Below, one piece after another: positions 6,833-11,845 of a stretch of 11,845 bases of DNA (position 1 is its first letter; every line of letters begins with the position of its first letter). The notes under the pieces were generated by a model that saw only the letters and a program-made list of their open reading frames with translations, searched no databases and had not been told where the DNA came from. Source of the DNA: Candidatus Methylomirabilis sp. (GTDB lineage: Bacteria > Methylomirabilota > Methylomirabilia > Methylomirabilales > Methylomirabilaceae); assembly GCA_041498975.1 (NCBI GenBank), contig JBGQJI010000076.1, forward strand, positions 1 through 11,845, written 5' to 3'. The position numbers were made by a program, and so were the translations under genes.

Positions 6833-7575
6833 CCTCCTTCCTCCCGCTCGCCATGCAGTGCGAACAGGGCGCGAAACGCGTCGAGGCTCGTCTCCTCCCG
6901 ACGACCATCGAAGACCAGGCGGCCCTGTCGCAGGATGGCCACCCGGTCGGCCACGCCGTATCCCATCGTCAGATTATGGGTGGCCAGAATTGTGCAGGCG
7001 CCCGCGGCCTTCGACGCCATCAGGAATTCCTCGAGCACCTTCGTGGCCTGCAGGTCCAGACTGGCAAACGGCTCATCCAGCAGGATCACCTTCGGTTCGC
7101 GCAACATCAGCTTCGCCAGCGCAAGGCGCCGCTTCATCCCGCTCGAGAAGGTCCTGACCCCTGAATCGGCCGCCGACTCCAGGCCGACGCGGGACAAGGC
7201 CTGCGCCACCCGCTCGCTCGGGCGGTCCAGTCCCAGCATGGCCGCCGCATACGCAAGGTTCTCCCTCGCCGTCAGCGCCTCGTAGAGCTGGTGCCCGTGC
7301 GCCAGGACTCCCAGGGCGCGCCGGACCTCGTTGCCATCCCGGTCGAGCATGTGGCCGGCGACCTGGACCGTCCCGCCGGTCGGCCGCACGCGGCCGGCCA
7401 GAATCCGGAGCAAGGTGGTCTTGCCGGCCCCGTTTGAGCCGAAGAGCGCCAGGATCTCCTCAGGCGCGACGGCCAAGTCGATCCCTCGCAGGGCCGGCTG
7501 GCCGCCATACCATTTGACAAGCCGCCGGACCTCGATCGCGGGCAAAACTGGGGCGCCACCCCTTCCGGCGCTCAC
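6829..7575 (-). CDS. ccmA: Heme ABC exporter ATP-binding protein CcmA
   Basis: Walker A GSNGAGKTT, signature FSSGMKRR, Walker B ILLDEP and H-loop ATH. Start re-called at GTG 7575 (GTGA overlap with the upstream stop, GAGG upstream). 7578 is an alternative. Confidence 0.92.
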   Translation of the reverse strand: MSAGRGGAPVLPAIEVRRLVKWYGGQPALRGIDLAVAPEEILALFGSNGAGKTTLLRILAGRVRPTGGTVQVAGHMLDRDGNEVRRALGVLAHGHQLYEALTARENLAYAAAMLGLDRPSERVAQALSRVGLESAADSGVRTFSSGMKRRLALAKLMLREPKVILLDEPFASLDLQATKVLEEFLMASKAAGACTILATHNLTMGYGVADRVAILRQGRLVFDGRREETSLDAFRALFALHGEREEGG

Positions 7576-8075
7576 CACCCGTGCCTCAGGGCGACGCCCA
7601 GGGCGGCCGCCACGCCGCCGAGGGCTGCAGATGTCCATGCGTACCCTTGGAGCCGGCCCGTCGACCTGAGCAGCGCCGCCATCCGGTCAGGAGGTACTCT
7701 CGCAGGCGCCCCTGACTCCTCGGCCATGGATCTCGTGAGAGGCAGACCCAGCCGGAAAAACTGATAGCTACTCAACAAGGCTAGGATGAAGACTACCAAA
7801 AGCTTCGACCCCAGGGCGGCGAAAAGCTGGCTGAAATAACGGCTCCCGAGCGCCGCTTTCAGGTCGGTCAGCATGGCGGCGCCCGTAACGATCAGGATGC
7901 CAAGGGATGCCAACAGGACCGGGTGCACAATCTTGACCACCTGGCCGATCGTCTGAAGGGTCCTTCCGGCCTCGCCAAGCCGGCGTGCCGACGGAACCAG
8001 GAGACCTGCAATAAACACCATGCCCCCCAGAAAGATGAGTGCCGAGACGACATGCAGATACGCCAGACCGGGCAT
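7572..8075 (-). CDS. CopD/DUF4149-like four-TM membrane protein of unknown function
   Basis: YLHVVSALIFLGGMVF...VP, ILIVTG and KLLVV fit the LH-x5-W/F-x-GG...TG...K pattern of CopD-like proteins. Start taken as ATG 8075; the track start GTG 8144 adds an unconvincing 23 aa. Confidence 0.7.
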   Translation of the reverse strand: MPGLAYLHVVSALIFLGGMVFIAGLLVPSARRLGEAGRTLQTIGQVVKIVHPVLLASLGILIVTGAAMLTDLKAALGSRYFSQLFAALGSKLLVVFILALLSSYQFFRLGLPLTRSMAEESGAPARVPPDRMAALLRSTGRLQGYAWTSAALGGVAAALGVALRHGW

Positions 8076-8164
8076 GCTTAACCGATGGGCTCCGCCCCCG
8101 ACCACAGGTTCACGGCAAGCGCGAACACACGACGCAAGGATCACGGAGTGTAGATGCTCACGCC

Positions 8165-8202
8165 GGTATAATACAATTAGAATACCTTGAGGGAAATTGC
8201 AA
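8165..8202 (-). promoter_or_regulatory. AT-rich island, probable promoter region of the copD-like/ccm/mqnE operon
   Basis: Minus strand reads TTGCAAtttccctcaaggtattctaattgTATTATacc in a GC-rich background. Both -35-like and -10-like hexamers are present, but the spacing is 23 nt, so the exact elements are uncertain. Confidence 0.4.
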
Positions 8203-8219
8203 GGAGGAACAGTTCTAGG

Positions 8220-9248
8220 TCAGGAGGGAGATGGCCTGTTTGCCAGCCAGCTTGGTCTGCCTTCCTCCAGTCCTACCAGTGGGTCGCCGGACTGCAGCAA
8301 GCTGATAAAGCGTTCTATCAATTCGGGATCGCGCCAACCCTTCTCAACTTCCTCCTTCATGATCGAGAACACCTGATCGGTCTTCAGTGACGGCTTATAA
8401 GGCCTTGCCGTGATGAGCGCGTCGTAGATATCCACGATCTGGATGATCCTGGCGGTCAGGGGGATCTCCTCTGCTTTCAAGCCATCGGGATACCCGCTGC
8501 CGTCCCATCGCTCATGATGATAGCGAATGACGGGTAGCACCAGCTTCAGCGATTTGAGCGGCTTGCAGATCCGTTCCCCGATCACCGGGTGTTCCCGCAT
8601 GATCTCCCACTCTTCCTCGGTCAATCCCGTCTTCTTGTTGAGGATCGATTCCGGAATGGCGATCTTGCCGACGTCGTGCAGGTAGCCGCCACGGTGCAGC
8701 GCCTTCAGGTGCTCCTTGCCAAGGCCCAGGCTCCGGCCCAGCGCGACCGAGTACAGGCACAGTCGCTCACAGTGGCCATCGGTGTAGGCATCCTTTGCCT
8801 CGACACTCAGGGCCAGCGTGCACAGGACATCCTCCGCATGCTCCAGTTCATCCGTGAACTGCTTGAGCTTCAGGAGGGACCGTACCCTGGCGCTCAACTC
8901 CGCGTGGTGGAAGGGCTTGCTCAGAAAGTCATCCGCCCCGGCCTCGATGCCACGTATCCTGTCTTCCACATCGCTCAGAGAGGTCAGCATGATGACAGGA
9001 ACGAGCCGGGTCCGCTCGTCCCCCTTGAGCTTGGAACAGACTTCGTAGCCGTCCATGCCCGGCATCATCACATCGAGGAGGATAAGGTCGGGGGGGCCGG
9101 CCGCCACCAGCTCGAGGGCGCGCTCGGCATCCAAGGCGGGTATGACCTGGTATCCCTGAGGGGCCAGGATGGCCTCCACCAACGTGATGTTGGCCTCCTG
9201 GTCATCGACAACTAAGATCTTCTGGCGAGGTGGAAGTTCTGGTTCCAT
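8220..9248 (-). CDS. Response regulator with receiver + HD-GYP phosphodiesterase domain (RpfG-like c-di-GMP phosphodiesterase)
   Basis: Receiver motifs ILVVDD, PDLILLDVMMPGMDG, MLTS and SKPF. HD-GYP motifs GHCERL, LHDVGKI, HHERWDGSGYPDGL, VDIYDAL and RPYK. SD AAGGAG upstream. Confidence 0.95.
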   Translation of the reverse strand: MEPELPPRQKILVVDDQEANITLVEAILAPQGYQVIPALDAERALELVAAGPPDLILLDVMMPGMDGYEVCSKLKGDERTRLVPVIMLTSLSDVEDRIRGIEAGADDFLSKPFHHAELSARVRSLLKLKQFTDELEHAEDVLCTLALSVEAKDAYTDGHCERLCLYSVALGRSLGLGKEHLKALHRGGYLHDVGKIAIPESILNKKTGLTEEEWEIMREHPVIGERICKPLKSLKLVLPVIRYHHERWDGSGYPDGLKAEEIPLTARIIQIVDIYDALITARPYKPSLKTDQVFSIMKEEVEKGWRDPELIERFISLLQSGDPLVGLEEGRPSWLANRPSPS

Positions 9249-9332
9249 TCAGCTCCTTGAAGGATGACCAATGAACCCTCACCTGACACACCCTCTGGAG
9301 AGGCCCGCAGACCGGGGCTTTCCGGCCCTTAA

Positions 9333-9361
9333 AAAATAGAGAACCTCCCCGGGTATGTCAA
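9333..9361 (-). promoter_or_regulatory. sigma70-type promoter for the HD-GYP response regulator
   Basis: Minus strand TTGACA (9361-9356), 17-nt spacer, TATTTT (9338-9333), with an AT-rich UP-like tract (AAATATTTGTA) just upstream. Confidence 0.7.
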
Positions 9362-9437
9362 TACAAATATTTACAGTCTAGGCGGGAACCGGGCTTGGCA
9401 GGTCCGGAGGTGCGCCGGCCATGAGCCGAGAGGGGGG

Positions 9438-10193
9438 TCAGGAGAAGGGTGCCACGGCGATGGTTTCCCGATCCGGAGGATCCAGGGGCAGACCCTCACG
9501 GCGCTCTTCGGTCGAGCTGAGCAGCAGATACCGTAAGGTGGAAACGAGATCGACCCCGAACTCCGCCTCGAACCGTTCGATCAGGCCGGGGATCACCTCG
9601 TTAACCGAAACCGGACGAGCCAGCTCCTTCGCCATACTTGTTGGCGTGGCATCCGGGATGCCGCATGGGACGATCAGTCCGAAGGGTGCCAAATCCATGT
9701 CCACGTTCAGCGCGAAACCATGGCGAGTCACCCAACGAGTGAGATGGATCCCGATCGACGCGATCTTTCGCCCGGCCACCCAGACCCCTGTCCGGCCGAT
9801 CCAGCGGTCAGCAACGATCTCAAAGGTCGAAAGAGTTTCGATCAAGACCCCTTCGAGTCGCCGGAGGTATCGGTGCAGGTCGCGGCCATGCTCGACCAGA
9901 TCCAGGATCGGGTACCCTACCAACTGGCCCGGACCGTGATACGTGATGTCGCCACCCCGATCCACCTCAAAAAAACCAATCCCCAACGCGCCCAGGAAGG
10001 ATTCGGGCACCAGTAGGTGACGTTTCTTTCCGGCGCGTCCCAACGTCATCACAGGGGGATGCTGGAGCAGCAACAGGACATCCCCGATCCGCCCTTCGGC
10101 CCGAAGTGCCGCAAGGCGGCGCTGGAGTGTCAAGGCCTCCTCGTAGGGCGTGAGACCCAAGTCGATCAGGCTGCATCTAGGCCGGCTAGGCAT
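9438..10193 (-). CDS. lipB: Octanoyltransferase LipB
   Basis: DLGLTPYEEALTLQ, QHPPVMTLGR, RGGDITYHGPGQLVGYP, KIASIG, HGFALN and IVPCG. Start taken as ATG 10193 because the in-frame upstream 35 codons look like pdhA/lpdA debris. 10259 and 10298 are alternatives. Confidence 0.93.
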   Translation of the reverse strand: MPSRPRCSLIDLGLTPYEEALTLQRRLAALRAEGRIGDVLLLLQHPPVMTLGRAGKKRHLLVPESFLGALGIGFFEVDRGGDITYHGPGQLVGYPILDLVEHGRDLHRYLRRLEGVLIETLSTFEIVADRWIGRTGVWVAGRKIASIGIHLTRWVTRHGFALNVDMDLAPFGLIVPCGIPDATPTSMAKELARPVSVNEVIPGLIERFEAEFGVDLVSTLRYLLLSSTEERREGLPLDPPDRETIAVAPFS

Positions 10194-10205
10194 CAGTCTT
10201 CGGCG

Positions 10206-10352
10206 ATGGGTCGGCCGACCGACGTCGGCCAGCGCGGCCACGCCCTCCGCCTCATTCATCTCCGCGCCCTTTTCTTCAACTGTGTGAATCAGGAGCATCT
10301 ACTCGAGAAGAGCGGTCAGCGCCTTCTGTTCCATTCCCAGCGGCATCCTCAT
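10206..10352 (-). pseudogene. Fused remnants of pyruvate/2-oxoacid dehydrogenase E1-alpha 5' end and dihydrolipoamide dehydrogenase 3' end (deletion scar)
   Basis: From ATG 10352 (SD AAAAGGGG) one frame reads MRMPLGMEQKALTALLE*MLLIHTVEEKGAEM | NEAEGVAALADVGRPTH. The first part matches PdhA 'L..L.RQMLLIRRFEEKAAEM' with TAG (10299-10301) at the Gln position. The second part matches the LpdA tail '(HPTL)SEAVGEAALAALGRPIH'. Confidence 0.7.
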
Positions 10353-11271
10353 TGTTTCCCCTTTTCCGGAGGACCTCGACGGCCTGCCCCCGAGCATGGT
10401 ACGAACTGCGAACGAGAGGGCCTGCTTCCACATGCTTGAACCCCATCCCCTCCCCGATCAGCTTCAACTCTCCGAACTCTTCCGGGGCATAGTACTTCAT
10501 GATCGGCAGGTGTTGCTGGCTTGGCCGAAGGTATTGCCCCAACGTCAGGATGTCGCAATCAACTCCCCTCAGGTCCACCATCGTCTGAAGCAGCTCTTGC
10601 CGCTCCTCGCCCAACCCCAGCATGATCCCCGATTTGGTCACCAAATCCGGGGCCATCCGACGCGCCCTGTCGAAGAGCTCAAGTGACCGCTCATATCGCG
10701 ATCCGGGCCGGGCGTCCCGGTACAAGCGGGGAACGGTTTCCATATTGTGGTCCAGGATGTCCGGGGCGGCCTCAACCACCGTGCGAAGGGCCGCCTCGTC
10801 GCCCTGGAAGTCGGGGATCAGCACCTCGACGCTGCAGCCTGGCGAAAGCGCACGCACCCGGCGGATCACTGTGGCGAAGATGGATGCGCCACCATCGGCC
10901 TGGTCATCGCGGTTGACGGAGGTAATCACCGCATGCTCCAGCCGAAGCAGCCCGATCGCCTGGGCCACCCGCTCCGGCTCAGCCAGATCGAGTTCCGTCG
11001 GTTTGCCGTGGGTGACGGCACAAAAACCGCAATTTCGCGTACAGATGTCCCCCAAAATCAGGAAGGTTGCGGTGCGCTGCTCCCAGCACTCGCCGATGTT
11101 GGGACAGTGAGCCTCTTCGCAGATGGTGTGGAGCTTTTGATCATGGAGGAGTCGCTTCAACCTTAGGTAATTGGGGCCGCCCGGGGCTTTGACCTTCAGC
11201 CACTGCGGCTTGCGGGCGCTGAGAATCTCGGCAGGAGAGGTAAAGCCACTTGCACAAGCGTGTTCTACCAT
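10276..11271 (-). CDS. lipA: Lipoyl synthase LipA
   Basis: RKPQWLK, auxiliary cluster motif CEEAHCPNIGEC, radical SAM motif CTRNCGFC, ITSVNRDD, TLGQYLRPS and GPLVRSSYHA. SD AAGGGAG upstream. Confidence 0.97.
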   Translation of the reverse strand: MVEHACASGFTSPAEILSARKPQWLKVKAPGGPNYLRLKRLLHDQKLHTICEEAHCPNIGECWEQRTATFLILGDICTRNCGFCAVTHGKPTELDLAEPERVAQAIGLLRLEHAVITSVNRDDQADGGASIFATVIRRVRALSPGCSVEVLIPDFQGDEAALRTVVEAAPDILDHNMETVPRLYRDARPGSRYERSLELFDRARRMAPDLVTKSGIMLGLGEERQELLQTMVDLRGVDCDILTLGQYLRPSQQHLPIMKYYAPEEFGELKLIGEGMGFKHVEAGPLVRSSYHARGQAVEVLRKRGNNEDAAGNGTEGADRSSRVDAPDSHS

Positions 11272-11385
11272 CGCTCCCTTATTCCACTTGGCGGAGTGTA
11301 TGACTCTCGCGATGACAGCTGGAAACGGTTTCTACTACAGACGCCGCAAGAAAAGTGTCATTGCTTCGAAAGTCCCCCTCACGCG

Positions 11386-11550
11386 TGTCATTGCGAGGCT
11401 GACGCAGTCGGCCGAAGCAATCTCAACAGGGTTCCAGGTTCCAAGTGGCGAGTTGCAACTTCCGAGTGCCGGGTTCCGAGTCGAGGATCAACCAAGCGCG
11501 GCTCTTAACCTGGGACCTGGAACAGCGAAGCCTGGTCGCTCGCAACGACA
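11386..11550. repeat. MITE/REP-like palindromic element of the GTCATTGCGAG...GAAGCAATC...CTCGCAATGAC type, interrupted by a heptamer array
   Basis: Left end TGTCATTGCGAG (11386-11397), internal hairpin GGCTGAC-gca-GTCGGCC, then GAAGCAATCTC. Right end CTCGCAACGACA (11539-11550) is 11/12 complementary to the left end. Extra half-sites at 11306-11317 (CTCGCGATGACA) and 11356-11368 (TGTCATTGCTTCG). Confidence 0.7.
11429..11525. repeat. Second inverted heptamer array, same family as 2310-2373
   Basis: Seven units gggttcc, aggttcc, aagtggc, gagttgc, aacttcc, gagtgcc, gggttcc (11429-11477), then the reverse-oriented units ttaacct, gggacct, ggaacag (11505-11525). Confidence 0.8.
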
Positions 11551-11585
11551 GTCTAACAATGCTTAAACCTCTTGCTATCGATGCG

Positions 11586-11614
11586 GTGATAGCATGTCTC
11601 GATCCGTCTGTCAA
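11586..11614 (-). promoter_or_regulatory. Candidate sigma70 promoter facing lipA
   Basis: Minus strand TTGACA (11614-11609), 17-nt spacer ending in TGC (extended -10 TGn), then TATCAC (11591-11586). The final T of the -10 is not conserved. Confidence 0.5.
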
Positions 11615-11844
11615 CCGAACACCGGGCACCGGGTGTGCGACAAATTTGTGGGGAAAGTGCCGCGGACCTTGTGAATCGGTATCGATCTGACAGGACCAGT
11701 ACTATCAGATGACATTCCACGCGGCCGCTTCAAACCCGTTCGCCCTGAGGAGCGGCCATCTTCCCAGGCCGCGTCTCGAAGGGCGCTCCGCATCCCGGCA
11801 GCCCGCACCCGGGCCGCGATCTGGGCGCTGCCGACGCGCTTCGA
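11611..11844 (-). CDS. Possible 3' end of a gene entering from the right edge (function unknown)
   Basis: The frame of track ORF 11611..11808 is open to the window edge (SKRVGSAQIAARVRAAGMRSALRDAAW...) and its first ~26 codons mostly end in G/C. The distal half looks non-coding. Confidence 0.25.
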   Translation of the reverse strand, partial: SKRVGSAQIAARVRAAGMRSALRDAAWEDGRSSGRTGLKRPRGMSSDSTGPVRSIPIHKVRGTFPTNLSHTRCPVFG

Positions 11845-11845
11845 G

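Noticed and set aside
8187..8202. TTGAG-N6-TGCAA as an FNR/CRP-type box upstream of the ccm operon
   Set aside because: Spacing and half-sites do not fit TTGAT-N4-ATCAA or TGTGA-N6-TCACA.
9249..9330. Riboswitch-like words in the HD-GYP leader (GGAAAGCCCCGGTCT reminiscent of c-di-GMP-I; CTCTGGAGAG reminiscent of the glycine aptamer)
   Set aside because: The GGCAAAC/GAAA P2 stem of c-di-GMP-I is absent. The glycine-like word is on the wrong strand and lacks the CCGAAG and CTCAGG elements. An Infernal/Rfam scan would settle it.
10299..10301. In-frame TAG upstream of lipB as possible stop-codon recoding or pyrrolysine
   Set aside because: TAG serves as a normal stop for ccmH (1826-1828), and the surrounding peptide shows other decay, so a nonsense mutation in a pseudogene is simpler.
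11429..11525. Repeat arrays as a CRISPR
   Set aside because: The units are 7 bp, contiguous and inverted, with no 23-47 bp repeats, unique spacers or cas genes.
11645..11680. TGTGGGGAA and TGTGAATCG as DnaA boxes or an origin
   Set aside because: Each has two or more mismatches to TGTGGATAA, and there is no box cluster or AT-rich unwinding element.

Overview
A GC-rich bacterial window in which every credible gene lies on the minus strand. In transcription order (right to left) these are lipA, a short decayed segment, lipB, a REC+HD-GYP response regulator with its own sigma70 promoter, a CopD/DUF4149-like membrane protein, a tightly coupled System I cytochrome c maturation operon (ccmABCDEFGH plus a stand-alone CcmI N-terminal-like protein), the radical-SAM aminofutalosine synthase mqnE coupled to the end of that operon, and the start of a probable lipoprotein running off the left edge. 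Four things stand out. (1) About 150 bp between lipA and lipB look like a deletion scar joining the N-terminus of PDH E1-alpha (with a nonsense codon) to the extreme C-terminus of dihydrolipoamide dehydrogenase, suggesting a pdhABC-lpdA block was lost here. (2) CcmG carries CX3C instead of CXXC. (3) The ccm operon is bracketed by a CopD-like gene and a menaquinone-pathway gene. (4) The intergenic DNA holds palindromic and heptamer repeats, one nested in another. All family calls come from motif recognition by eye; no database searches were run. The gene set is compatible with an NC10/Methylomirabilota-like organism, but that is only a guess.
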